Assembly (NCBI GenBank): GCA_964530795.1
Contig: CAZHBX010000007.1
Location: 95-64,094, forward strand
From: an uncultured Ruminococcus sp.
GTDB taxonomy: Bacteria > Bacillota > Clostridia > Oscillospirales > CAG-382
DNA length: 64,000 nucleotides
Direction: 5' to 3'
The number at the start of each line of letters is the position of its first letter. Position 1 is the first letter of the stretch. Positions 15,746 to 25,126 of the stretch are shown here, one piece after another. The position numbers were made by a program, and so were the translations under genes. The notes under the pieces are model-generated. The model was not told the DNA's origin. It did no database searches and saw only the letters and a program-made list of their open reading frames with translations.

Positions 15746-18349
15746 ATGCAGGGAATTTCCGACAATTCCGCCGCACAGGCGGGGCTGCCGCCCCAGACGC
15801 TCACCCCTGAGGAGGTCGCCGAACAGCTTCGGAGCGACCTCGCCGCCGGACTGAGCGAAAAGACGGCGCGGGCGCGTCTGCGGCGGTTCGGGAAGAACCG
15901 GATTCGCAACGAGATCGATATTCGCTTCTCCCAGAGCCTCAAGAACCAGTGCAAGGGACTCAACAACCTGTTCCTGCTCGTCGCGATGTTGCTGCTGTTC
16001 CTGTTCACGCAGGAGACGCTTTATCTCATCGGGGCGGGCGCGGCGGTGCTGCTGGTGCTGTTCGGCGCGCTCGTCGAGTCCCGCGCGGCGGGGGCGCTGA
16101 ACATACCGGGTCAGTACGCCTCGCTTTCTGTGCGCACCGTGCGGGGCGGGGCGGAGAAACGGCTGGACAGCCGGCTTTTGGTCCCGGGTGATTTGATTCT
16201 CCTGCAAAAGGGGTGCCTCGTCCCGGCCGACGCCCGTCTGGTAGACGCGACCGGGGATCTGACGGCGCTGGAAACCCCGGTCAGCGGGGAGCGAAACAGC
16301 GTGCGTAAGCACGTCTACGCGGTTGGACGGGAGGATGAATCCGTTTCCGCCAACATGATCTACGCCGGAACCATCCTGACCGGCGGGAGCTGCAAAGCGA
16401 TGGTCTGCCGGACCGGAGAAAGTACGCTGACCCGCCAGATCCACGCCCGGCGGGAGGAATATCTGCCGCCCCTGCTGCGCGAAGTGCGGGAATTCTGCCG
16501 GTGCACATCGATCGCCTGCATCCTCGCGTGCCTGCTGCTCGTCGCGTTCGGGGCGTTTCGCCGGGCGGACTTGAATGTACTGTTCGCGCTGACGGCCGCC
16601 GCCGGCGGGGCGTCGCTGTGCGACACGGCGCTGTCGCTTGCGCTGATGTCCTTCGGCGTGGGCTTGCGCGGAATGGCGAAGGACAAGCTGATCGTCCGCA
16701 ATATGGACCGCATCTCCAAGCTCGCGTCGGTCAACACGGTCATGTGCCCGAAGGAGCTGATGTTTCCGCCCCGCAAGACCCATCTGCAGAGCGTTTACGC
16801 TGCCGGCAAAGCGTACCGGACGGAAGGCCCGCCGGTCCCCGCGGTGCAGAATCTGCTTAAGCTCTCGCTGGTCTGTTCCGCCTATCCGCAAAGCCTCCGC
16901 CCGTTCGAGCAGGCCGCCTACGACTACCTTAAGGACGCCTGCGTCGCGATGGACGACCTGACCGGCCGCTGGTTCCGCATCGACGTCGCCTATACTGGCA
17001 ATGGCGAGGTCTGCGACGTACTCGCGCTGCATAACGATCATAACACCGTCGTTGTCAAGGGAGCGCCGGAAAATGTGCTTTCCCGCTGCGTTGGGTATGA
17101 GCAGGACGGCAAAGAGTATCGTCTTGATGACACCGCGCGCCGGAAGATCCTTTTTGCCGCGGAGAACGCCGCGAAAACGAACGCTTTCCTTGTCGCCATC
17201 GCCTCCGGCACGACCGACGAGGACACCCTGCGCACTCCCGAAGAGGAACGCAGGCTGATCTTCCGGGGTTTTCTCGCTTTCTCGCTTTCCATGGAGGTCG
17301 ATCCGGCGAGCGCCGTCTTCCGCTGCTCACGGGCCGGGATCGAGGCGGTGGTTTCCACCTCCGATCCCTACTATACCGCCGTCAGCGTCGGCCGCAGCAC
17401 CGGCATCATTGAAAGCGAGGGGCAGGTCGTCAGTTCCAGCGAGATCAAGGCGCAGGAACGGGGAATGTTCGTGCTGAATGCGGGGAAATATAAACTGTTC
17501 TTAGAACCGGACGACGACCAATGGCAGGACGTCCTGCAATTGCGCAAGAGCGCGGGACGGACCGTTGCCGCTATCGCCTCCCGCGAGGAGGAGCTTCCGC
17601 TGCTGCGGGAAGCGGATGTGTCCGCCGTACCCGCCGGGGTATGCGACGCGCTGCGGGAGTCCGCCGACGTGCTGCTGCTGGAGAACGGCTTCCATGTCAT
17701 TGCAAACGGCATCACCGACGCCCGTGCGCTCTGCTTTCGGCTGCTCTGGCTCGCCCGGTATCTGACCGCCGGAGCTTCAACGCTGTTTCTGTCGATTTTT
17801 GCGTCGCTTTGTGCCGGAACGCCGCTTCCGTTCGGGCTGCCGGGGCTTCTGTACGGCGGGCTGTTCGTCAATTTATTGATCGCCTGCGTACTTTCGCTGC
17901 TGCCGGTGGACCGTAAACTGTTGTCCCAGCCGTTCCCGACGTCCGACGGGCGGCTAAACCTGCGGGCGCTGCTCCCGTCGTTTGCTTACGCACTAGGCAG
18001 CGGGATCTGTCTGACCGTGCTCGCCGCCCTGACTGAAAGCGAGACTTGCGGGATGCTTTGCTTCCTGCTCTTGCAGTTCTTTTTCGCCTGTGGCTGCCTG
18101 TGGCCGGAGGGTGCGTTTCGACGCAGGCGGTTCGGGTATCGTCCTTTCTGGGTGCTGTTCCCGTTCGTCGCGCTTCTGACGCTCGCGATGGTCGCTTTGC
18201 CTGGGTTGAATACCGCGCTGGGATTCACGCTGCCGACGCTCCGCGACGCGTTGCTTGCCGTCGGATTTGCCGCCGGCTGGCAGCTGTGCGTGCAGTTGTT
18301 CCTGCTGGTCCGCCCGAAACAAGGAAAACAGAAAAATAAAAAAAGATAA
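15746..18349 (+). CDS. P-type (IIA-like) ATPase homologue with degenerate catalytic motifs
   Basis: GLSE..A..RL..FGKN, LVPGD, VPADARL and KGAPE retained; DKTGT replaced by PKELM. Confidence 0.8.
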   Translation: MQGISDNSAAQAGLPPQTLTPEEVAEQLRSDLAAGLSEKTARARLRRFGKNRIRNEIDIRFSQSLKNQCKGLNNLFLLVAMLLLFLFTQETLYLIGAGAAVLLVLFGALVESRAAGALNIPGQYASLSVRTVRGGAEKRLDSRLLVPGDLILLQKGCLVPADARLVDATGDLTALETPVSGERNSVRKHVYAVGREDESVSANMIYAGTILTGGSCKAMVCRTGESTLTRQIHARREEYLPPLLREVREFCRCTSIACILACLLLVAFGAFRRADLNVLFALTAAAGGASLCDTALSLALMSFGVGLRGMAKDKLIVRNMDRISKLASVNTVMCPKELMFPPRKTHLQSVYAAGKAYRTEGPPVPAVQNLLKLSLVCSAYPQSLRPFEQAAYDYLKDACVAMDDLTGRWFRIDVAYTGNGEVCDVLALHNDHNTVVVKGAPENVLSRCVGYEQDGKEYRLDDTARRKILFAAENAAKTNAFLVAIASGTTDEDTLRTPEEERRLIFRGFLAFSLSMEVDPASAVFRCSRAGIEAVVSTSDPYYTAVSVGRSTGIIESEGQVVSSSEIKAQERGMFVLNAGKYKLFLEPDDDQWQDVLQLRKSAGRTVAAIASREEELPLLREADVSAVPAGVCDALRESADVLLLENGFHVIANGITDARALCFRLLWLARYLTAGASTLFLSIFASLCAGTPLPFGLPGLLYGGLFVNLLIACVLSLLPVDRKLLSQPFPTSDGRLNLRALLPSFAYALGSGICLTVLAALTESETCGMLCFLLLQFFFACGCLWPEGAFRRRRFGYRPFWVLFPFVALLTLAMVALPGLNTALGFTLPTLRDALLAVGFAAGWQLCVQLFLLVRPKQGKQKNKKR

Positions 18350-18376
18350 ACGCAAACCAAAAAGGAGTCTATCATC

Positions 18377-18571
18377 ATGAAAATCACCAAAGATATGCTG
18401 ATCGGCGACGTGCTGGATCAGTATCCTGACCTCGCCGTCTATTTCTTTGAAATCGGTATGCATTGCCTCGGCTGCCCGCATTCCCGCGGGGAGAGCATCG
18501 AGGAGGCCTGTGAAGTGCACGGAACCGACGTCGCCGCTCTGCTCGAAAAGCTGAACGCGGCGGTCGCCTGA
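18377..18571 (+). CDS. DUF1858 domain (hybrid-cluster-associated redox) small protein
   Basis: ITKDM.IGD...GMHCLGCP...ESIEEAC.VHG pattern. Confidence 0.85.
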   Translation: MKITKDMLIGDVLDQYPDLAVYFFEIGMHCLGCPHSRGESIEEACEVHGTDVAALLEKLNAAVA

Positions 18572-18587
18572 GGGGAGGGACGTACAT

Positions 18588-19091
18588 ATGGCCGGCAAGA
18601 AAGGTAAGAAAGTATCCGGATTCTTCCATGATTTCAAGGCGTTTATTACCAAGGGGAACATCCTTGACATGGCCGTCGGCGTGATCATCGGCTCCTCGTT
18701 TAACCAGATCGTCACGTCACTGGTCAATGACATCCTCATGCCCGTCATCGGCCTAATCTGCAACACGCAGGACATTGCCGACCTCAAAGCGGTCATCTCA
18801 CCCGCGGTCATGGACGGAGAAACCGTCGTCACCCCTGAGGTCGCTATTCGCTACGGTGCGTTTATCTCGTTTATTATTAACTTCCTCATCGTCGCGCTGA
18901 CGCTGTTCATTGTGCTGCGGGCTTCCATGACCTTCCAAAAGAAGATGGATTCCCTGCGCAAAAAGAAGGAAGAGGAAGAACTCGCCGCTCCCGCGGCTCC
19001 GCCGGAACCGACCGTCGAGGAAAAGACTCTCGCTGTGCTTGAAGATATCAAGGACATGCTTGCGGAGAACGGCTCGAAGGACACGAAATGA
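18588..19091 (+). CDS. mscL: Large-conductance mechanosensitive channel
   Basis: FKAFITKGNILDMAVGVIIG, SLVNDILMP, YGAFI..IINFLI, LEDIKDML. Confidence 0.93.
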   Translation: MAGKKGKKVSGFFHDFKAFITKGNILDMAVGVIIGSSFNQIVTSLVNDILMPVIGLICNTQDIADLKAVISPAVMDGETVVTPEVAIRYGAFISFIINFLIVALTLFIVLRASMTFQKKMDSLRKKKEEEELAAPAAPPEPTVEEKTLAVLEDIKDMLAENGSKDTK

Positions 19092-20056
19092 CAAAAACCG
19101 GACGGTACCTGCTCGGCGCGGACGGCGGCGGGAGCAAGACCGCCGTCGTGCTGACCGACCTCGAGCTGCATGTGCTGCTCTGCAGGGCCTTCCCTCGCTC
19201 GAACCCGGGCGACATCGGCTACGATGCGACTGAAAAATTGCTGCTTGGCGCCTTTGACGAGGTCTGCCGGGAGGCAGGCGTTCCATCGGAGGCGATCGCG
19301 GCGGTGTTCGCCGGGGTCGCCGGGCTGTCCGCAGGCGACTGCACGCCCCGGTTCCGTTCGGCGCTTCGGAAGGCGTATCCGCTTGCCGCCGTCGATTGTT
19401 CGCACGACGGGATCAACGTCCTGTATGCGGCGTTCCCGGACGGGGAGGACGGCGTTTCCGTCATCTGCGGCACCGGGTCGTCCTGTTATGTCCGTCGGGG
19501 GGATTCCCTGTACCGCATCGGTGGGTGTGGGCAGTTCGATTTGAAAGGCAACGGCTACGAGATTGGCCGCGCCGCGTTCGCGCATGTGTTCCGCACGATG
19601 GACGGCCGGGATGAACCCGGTTGGCTGGCGCAGACACTGCACGACCGGTTCGGGGGCAACTGCCACGCGCACATCATTGAGATCAACGATTTCACCAAGA
19701 ACCAATTCGCTTCCTATGCGCCGCTGGTCTTCGAGGCGGCGCGGGAGCACGGCGACGGGGTGGCGATGGCCATCCTGCGCGAAAACCTGCATTATGTCAC
19801 CGAACTCATTTCCACCGCCGCACGCTGTTTTGGCGGGGAGCCTTTTTGCGCCGCGCTCGCGGGCGGACTGTTCCGCGACCCGCTGACCCTCCCGCTGCTG
19901 CGGGAAAAAACCCCGCCGCAGGCGGAACTGCTGTTGTCCGACCGCGAGCCTTATCTCGGCGCCGCGGCGGCCGCGCGGGCGCTGCTAAACGGCGCGCCGC
20001 GTCTGGCGGAGGTGCAATTCCCCGCATATTTACAGAAAGGATACAACCACTCATGA
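19088..20056 (+). CDS. BadF/BadG/BcrA/BcrD-type (GlcNAc/MurNAc kinase-like) ATPase
   Basis: GADGGGSKT, ICGTGS and RIGG.G motifs. Confidence 0.8.
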   Translation: MTKTGRYLLGADGGGSKTAVVLTDLELHVLLCRAFPRSNPGDIGYDATEKLLLGAFDEVCREAGVPSEAIAAVFAGVAGLSAGDCTPRFRSALRKAYPLAAVDCSHDGINVLYAAFPDGEDGVSVICGTGSSCYVRRGDSLYRIGGCGQFDLKGNGYEIGRAAFAHVFRTMDGRDEPGWLAQTLHDRFGGNCHAHIIEINDFTKNQFASYAPLVFEAAREHGDGVAMAILRENLHYVTELISTAARCFGGEPFCAALAGGLFRDPLTLPLLREKTPPQAELLLSDREPYLGAAAAARALLNGAPRLAEVQFPAYLQKGYNHS

Positions 20057-21819
20057 GCGACATTGTCTACGACGAACTGCGCACCATGCGGCACTCCTGC
20101 TCACATATCCTTGCGCAGGCTGTCAAACATCTTTACCCGGACACCAAACTGGCCATCGGCCCCGCCATTGACAATGGCTTCTACTACGACTTCGACTGTG
20201 CCGGCAAGCCTTTCACGGCGGAGGACTTCGACGCGATCGAGGCGGAAATGAAGGCGATCGTCAAGGCGAACCTGCGCATCGAACGCTTCACTTTGCCCCG
20301 CGCCGAGGCGCTTGCACTGATGAAGGACGAACCGTACAAGATCGAACTGATCAACGACCTGCCGGAGGACGCGGAGATCTCTTTCTACCGCCAGGGCGAC
20401 TTCACCGACCTGTGCGCCGGACCGCACGTCTCCTACACCAAAAAGGTCAAGGCGTTTAAGCTGACCTCCGCGACCGGCGCGTACTGGCGCGGGGACTCCT
20501 CCCGCAAGATGCTGACCCGCGTCTACGGCACCGCTTTCTTCACAAAAGAGGAACTTGATAACTACCTTGCCGCGCAGGAGGAGGCCAAAAAGCGGGACCA
20601 CAACAAACTCGGCCGTGAACTCGGCTACTTCACGACGGTCGATGTGGTCGGGCAGGGCCTGCCAATCCTGTTGCCGAAGGGCGCACGCGTCGTGCAGTTG
20701 ATGCAGCGCTGGATTGAGGACCTCGAACAGAGCCTCGGCTGCATCCTGACCAAGACCCCGTTGATGGCGAAGCGGGAACTTTACCAGATTTCCGGCCATT
20801 GGGACCATTACCTTGACGGTATGTTCGTTATCGGCGACCCGAACGACGAGACCAAGGAGTGCTTCGCCCTCCGCCCGATGACCTGTCCGTTCCAGTATCA
20901 GGTCTATCTCAACGAGAAGCGGTCTTACCGTGACCTGCCGATGCGCCTGACCGAGACGTCCACCCTCTTCCGCAACGAGGATTCCGGCGAGATGCACGGG
21001 CTCATCCGCGTGCGGCAGTTCACAATCTCCGAGGGGCATTATATCCTGCGTCCCGACCAACTTGAGGAGGAATTCAAGGGCTGCCTGGAACTGGCGAAGT
21101 ATTGCCTTGACACGGTCGGATTGCTCGAGGACTGCACTTTCCGTTTCTCCCAGTGGGACCCGGCGAACCCGAAAAACAAATACGAAGGCACTCCTGAGCA
21201 GTGGGAGGAAGCGCAGGCCATCATGGGCCGCATCCTCGGCCACCTCGGCGTGGAATACACCATCGGCATCGACGAAGCCGCCTTCTACGGTCCGAAGCTG
21301 GATATCCAGTACCACAACGTCTATGGCAAGGAGGACACGCTCGTTACCATTCAGATTGACCTCCTGCTCGCCAAGCGCTTCGGCATGGAGTACACGGATT
21401 CGGATAACACCAGCAAGAACCCGTATATCATCCACCGCACCAGCCTCGGCTGCTACGAGCGCACGCTCGCGTATTTGATCGAGAAGTACGCCGGCGCGCT
21501 GCCGTTCTGGCTCATGCCCGAGCAGGTCCGTATCCTGCCGATTGCCGACCGTCACAACGACTACGCTTTCGCCTGCCGTGACAACCTGCGCAAGGCGGGC
21601 TTCCGCGTCGAGGTCGACACCCGCAACGAGAAGATCGGCTACAAGATCCGCGAGGCGCAGCTCGAAAAGATTCCGTATATGCTTGTTCTCGGCGACGAGG
21701 AAGCACAGAACGGCACGCTTTCCGTCCGCTCGCGCAAGGATGGCGACCTCGGCACGGTCACCCCGGCGGCTTTCCTCGACCGCATCACCGTCGAGCGGGA
21801 CACCAAGGCGAAAACCTGA
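20053..21819 (+). CDS. thrS: Threonine--tRNA ligase (short form, no N-terminal TGS domain)
   Basis: RHSCSH, DLCAGPHV, RPMTCP, FYGPKLD and IIHR motifs; start moved to ATG 20053. Confidence 0.96.
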   Translation: MSDIVYDELRTMRHSCSHILAQAVKHLYPDTKLAIGPAIDNGFYYDFDCAGKPFTAEDFDAIEAEMKAIVKANLRIERFTLPRAEALALMKDEPYKIELINDLPEDAEISFYRQGDFTDLCAGPHVSYTKKVKAFKLTSATGAYWRGDSSRKMLTRVYGTAFFTKEELDNYLAAQEEAKKRDHNKLGRELGYFTTVDVVGQGLPILLPKGARVVQLMQRWIEDLEQSLGCILTKTPLMAKRELYQISGHWDHYLDGMFVIGDPNDETKECFALRPMTCPFQYQVYLNEKRSYRDLPMRLTETSTLFRNEDSGEMHGLIRVRQFTISEGHYILRPDQLEEEFKGCLELAKYCLDTVGLLEDCTFRFSQWDPANPKNKYEGTPEQWEEAQAIMGRILGHLGVEYTIGIDEAAFYGPKLDIQYHNVYGKEDTLVTIQIDLLLAKRFGMEYTDSDNTSKNPYIIHRTSLGCYERTLAYLIEKYAGALPFWLMPEQVRILPIADRHNDYAFACRDNLRKAGFRVEVDTRNEKIGYKIREAQLEKIPYMLVLGDEEAQNGTLSVRSRKDGDLGTVTPAAFLDRITVERDTKAKT

Positions 21820-21845
21820 TTGCCCCGTAAGCAAACCGTTTTTCG

Positions 21846-21889
21846 AAACCCGTCGCGAGGGACGCCCGCGGCGGGTTTTGCTTTTTTTG
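21846..21889 (+). terminator. Intrinsic terminator after thrS
   Basis: AAACCCGTCGCG...CGCGGCGGGTTT then T-tract. Confidence 0.7.
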
Positions 21890-21911
21890 ACAGAATGGAG
21901 GAACGCAACGT

Positions 21912-22097
21912 ATGCGAACCGAATCCACCTTTCCTGAATGTGAGGACTGCGTCTATTTCCGCTATGATGAGGACGCGGACGCCGACCTATGCACCCTGCC
22001 GCTCGACGAGGACGAACTCTGCCGCCTCTACGCGTCCAAACGCTGTCCGTACTTCCGCAAGTATGACGAGTACGGCACGGTCCGCAAGCAGAATTAA
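21912..22097 (+). CDS. Small Cys-rich protein (DUF6472-like)
   Basis: CEDC.YF.YDE...C...LDEDE...CPYF...DEY..VRKQN; GGAGG RBS. Confidence 0.75.
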   Translation: MRTESTFPECEDCVYFRYDEDADADLCTLPLDEDELCRLYASKRCPYFRKYDEYGTVRKQN

Positions 22098-22102
22098 GGC
22101 AG

Positions 22103-22252
22103 TACCGCACAATTCGGCGGCGCGTCAGGCAATGCCTTTTCCGCCATCTGCTTCTTGCGGATTTTTTGATTCCCCGCAAGAAAACCTTCGAAATCTGCAA
22201 AGAGCATCTGGCAAAAATGCAGGTGCCCTCTGACCACTTCATTTGTGCGGTA
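22103..22252. mobile_element. Candidate MITE-like fold-back element
   Basis: Perfect terminal inverted repeat TACCGCACAA/TTGTGCGGTA, internal 16-bp imperfect stem, no ORF. Confidence 0.4.
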
Positions 22253-22365
22253 TTCCCTGAAAAAGTAAAAAAGTTCCCTTTTCGCAAGGAATTTTCCCTT
22301 TTTGCGTGTATTAGGAGACGCTCCCCTCATGGGAGGAATCCGAAAAAGGAAAGGAGAGGTGCCGC

Positions 22366-22488
22366 ATGGAGGACGGTGCAAGCAGCTACCGCTATCGAGG
22401 CGCCGTCCTTCCTCAAAAACAAGGAGAAACAGCGAGATGTCCGAAATCAGAATTCCGCGTCCAAGGAAGCTTTTTCGTGCTCTCTTGA
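22366..22488 (+). pseudogene. 40-aa ORF, possible 5' remnant of an ECF sigma factor gene
   Basis: Strong AAAGGAGAGGT RBS; MEDGASSYR start recalls clostridial ECF sigma N-termini (from memory). Confidence 0.35.
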
Positions 22489-22652
22489 CAAGTCGGCGCA
22501 AAGGGACGCTTTCGTCGGCGTTTTTTATGCCTGTGAAAAAAGCGCCATCCGCCCACTCCCTTGCTTCTCCTTTTCCCCGCAAAGTTCGACTTGCCTGTAC
22601 GTCCGTTCCTATCGGGAAAACCGACGGAACGGGGATTTTTGTGCGGAGCCGG

Positions 22653-22681
22653 TTGACAGAAGCCGGAGGATGTGATAAACT
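22653..22681 (+). promoter_or_regulatory. Sigma-A promoter of the yitT-family gene
   Basis: TTGACA-17-TAAACT with TG extended -10. Confidence 0.7.
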
Positions 22682-22768
22682 GGAAAAAGGAAGCTGGCGG
22701 ACGGGATTCTCCTTGCCCGCCGGGGATGCGGAACGTTTCCCATAAAATTTGAACAACGGTGATGGAAA

Positions 22769-23686
22769 ATGAACGACACGGTCTCCCGCGGCGAGGAAAA
22801 GAAATCCTTTCTTCACAGCCTGAAAGCGCTGCGACCGAAAAACTTCTTCTTTCTGTTCTGTGCCGGGTGCATCAATGCGTTCGGCGTGACGGTCTTTCTG
22901 GCCCCTGTGAACCTGTACGACAGCGGGATTTCCGGGACGTCCATCCTGCTTTCGCAGCTCACGCCGGAAAGCCTGTCCCTGCCCGTGTTTCTGCTGCTTT
23001 TGAACACGCCGCTCTTTCTTTTCGGACTGAAAAAGCAGGGAACGGTCTTTACCGTCTATTCGCTCTTCGCGGTCGCCGTTTATTCGGCGGTTTCTTGGCT
23101 GATCACCGACGTGCTCCCGATCGACGTGAGCGTGGCGTCGCCGCTTGCCGGACAGGACTTGCTGCTCTGCGCCTTGTTCGGCGGGGTGATCTCGGGCGTG
23201 GGGAGCGGGCTGACGATCCGTTACGGCGGGGCCATCGATGGGATCGAGGTCATGGCCGTGATTTTCGCCCGACGGTTGAATGTCACGGTCGGCACATTCG
23301 TGATGATTTACAACGTGCTGCTGTACATCGTCTGCGGGTTCGCCATGCAAAGCTGGATTTTGCCGCTGTATTCGATCGTGACTTACGCGGCGGGACTGAA
23401 AACGATCGATTTCATCGTCGAGGGCTTCGACCGTTCCAAGGAAGTGATGATCATCACCGACAAGCCGCAGGAGATCAGCCGTGCGCTGACAGAGGAGTTC
23501 GCCTGCGGCACAACCAAGATCGCGGCCGTCGGCGGGTATTCGAACGCCGAGAAAACCATTGTCTACTTCGTCGTGAACCGGTTCCAGATCTCGAAAATGC
23601 GGAATCTGATTTTAGAGATCGACCCGAAAGCCTTCGTGACGATCAGCGACGTCGCGGATGTCTTCAAGGGGAAACACAAAATGTGA
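22769..23686 (+). CDS. YitT family membrane protein (DUF161 + DUF2179)
   Basis: SGISG, LNTPLF, GGVISGVGSGL..RYGG, C-terminal IDPKAFVT. Confidence 0.88.
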   Translation: MNDTVSRGEEKKSFLHSLKALRPKNFFFLFCAGCINAFGVTVFLAPVNLYDSGISGTSILLSQLTPESLSLPVFLLLLNTPLFLFGLKKQGTVFTVYSLFAVAVYSAVSWLITDVLPIDVSVASPLAGQDLLLCALFGGVISGVGSGLTIRYGGAIDGIEVMAVIFARRLNVTVGTFVMIYNVLLYIVCGFAMQSWILPLYSIVTYAAGLKTIDFIVEGFDRSKEVMIITDKPQEISRALTEEFACGTTKIAAVGGYSNAEKTIVYFVVNRFQISKMRNLILEIDPKAFVTISDVADVFKGKHKM

Positions 23687-23870
23687 CAGCGTTTCGGCCT
23701 TTTATCAGACTGCCGATAAACTTTTTGGGTCATGTTGGTGTGAATCTATTAAAAGATTTAAGGAGTTTGGGAGAAAATGTTGCGGGCGGGGAGAAATGGC
23801 GGAGGGTCCTGCCGCTTGCTCCGCCTTCGGGGCGCCACGCGACTTTTCCAACCCTTTTTTGCGCGAAGGG

Positions 23871-23899
23871 TTGAAAAGGTGGAAAAAACGTGCTATAAT
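23871..23899 (+). promoter_or_regulatory. Sigma-A promoter
   Basis: TTGAAA-17-TATAAT with TG extended -10. Confidence 0.75.
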
Positions 23900-23937
23900 C
23901 ATTGTTGAAAACAAACAAAAGCAAGGAGGAAACAAAC

Positions 23938-24501
23938 ATGAAGTATCTGAAACGCAACGGAAAAACCATTCTGTCCGGATTGCTGGAGCTGGTCGTCGGG
24001 GTCCTGCTGTTCATCGATCCGACGGGGCTGACGAATATGATCCTGAAAGGGATCGGGATCGTGTTGCTGCTTTGCGGGGCGGTCTGTGTGGTGCGCTACT
24101 TCCGCACGGACCCGACGCAGGCGATGCTGGAGCAGAGCCTGTTCAAGGGTCTGCTGATGCTGCTCGTAGGGTGCTGCCTGATCTTTTGGACCAAACTGGT
24201 GGAGAACCTCTTTCCGGTGCTGGCGCAGGTATACGGGCTGGTGATTCTGGTCGCGGGAATCATGAAGGCGCAGCAGACGGTGGATCTGTTACGAATGCGG
24301 ATCCGTTATTGGTTTCTCTCCGGGCTCGGGACGGTTGCGGCAATCGTATTCGCCGTGCTGTTGCTGCGCAACCCGTTCGCATCGGTCGAGACGCTTTGGA
24401 TGGTGGCGGCGATCTCGCTGATCGTGGAAGCCGTGCTGGATCTCGTGGTGCTGATTTTTACCGGAGGCGGCAATCGCATGGGGGACGTCGGCAAGGAGTG
24501 A
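23938..24501 (+). CDS. DUF308/HdeD family membrane protein
   Basis: About six TM helices, LFIDP and LLRNPF repeats; AAGGAGG RBS. Confidence 0.8.
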   Translation: MKYLKRNGKTILSGLLELVVGVLLFIDPTGLTNMILKGIGIVLLLCGAVCVVRYFRTDPTQAMLEQSLFKGLLMLLVGCCLIFWTKLVENLFPVLAQVYGLVILVAGIMKAQQTVDLLRMRIRYWFLSGLGTVAAIVFAVLLLRNPFASVETLWMVAAISLIVEAVLDLVVLIFTGGGNRMGDVGKE

Positions 24502-24527
24502 GTCCGGTTCGCCTGTTCCAAAAGTGG

Positions 24528-24575
24528 AAAATACCGCCGTCAACCGCGAGGAAACGGTTGGCGGCGGTATTTTTT
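24528..24575. terminator. Bidirectional terminator between convergent genes
   Basis: AAAATACCGCCGTCAACCG...CGGTTGGCGGCGGTATTTT. Confidence 0.85.
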
Positions 24576-24583
24576 GCGCAAAA

Positions 24584-24928
24584 TCACAATTGCAGCAGAT
24601 CGCGCAGCGTGCAGCCGCAGGCGGCAAGGTCGACGTTGCCGTTCGGCAGGAACAGTACGCCCTCCTCCTCGAGCAGACGGCGTTGCACCCCCGCGCCGCC
24701 GAACGCATACCCAGGCGCGACCGCGCCCGTCTTGGTGACGACGCGATGGCAGGGGATCTCCTCCGGGCAGGGGTTGGCGTGCAGGGCGTAGCCGACCACC
24801 CGCGCCCAGCGCGGATTTCCCGCCGCGGCGGCGACCAGCCCGTAGCTCGCAACCTTCCCGCGCGGGATGCGCTTGATCCGCTCGTAGATGAGGTCGAACG
24901 TTGTCGTCCGCTTTTCCGGTTCCTCCAA
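24584..24928 (-). CDS. MGMT family alkylated-DNA repair protein
   Basis: IPRGKVASYG, ARVVGYAL and PCHRV (acceptor Cys kept); TTG start after AAAGGAGG. Confidence 0.88.
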   Translation of the reverse strand: MEEPEKRTTTFDLIYERIKRIPRGKVASYGLVAAAAGNPRWARVVGYALHANPCPEEIPCHRVVTKTGAVAPGYAFGGAGVQRRLLEEEGVLFLPNGNVDLAACGCTLRDLLQL

Positions 24929-24968
24929 TAGGGGAACGCCTCCTTTCATTTCGCGGAGCTTTTCTGAT

Positions 24969-24997
24969 AGTATACCTCTTTTTTCGCGGTTTGACAA
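24969..24997 (-). promoter_or_regulatory. Sigma-A promoter of the MGMT gene
   Basis: TTGTCA-17-TATACT. Confidence 0.65.
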
Positions 24998-25126
24998 GTT
25001 CTTTGGCAATCTAATTTTTCCTTTGCCAGCGCCCGCAAACCTGCGAAATCCGCTTCCCGCAAGGGTTTCTGACAAAAATTCATAGAAATGAAATAATTTG
25101 TTTACAAAATAATTTTGGAAATCCTC

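Noticed and set aside
20101-22287. 728-aa antisense ORF opposite thrS (similar ones oppose ruvB, aspS and the P-type-like gene)
   Set aside because: Shadow ORFs; the sense-strand genes explain the sequence.
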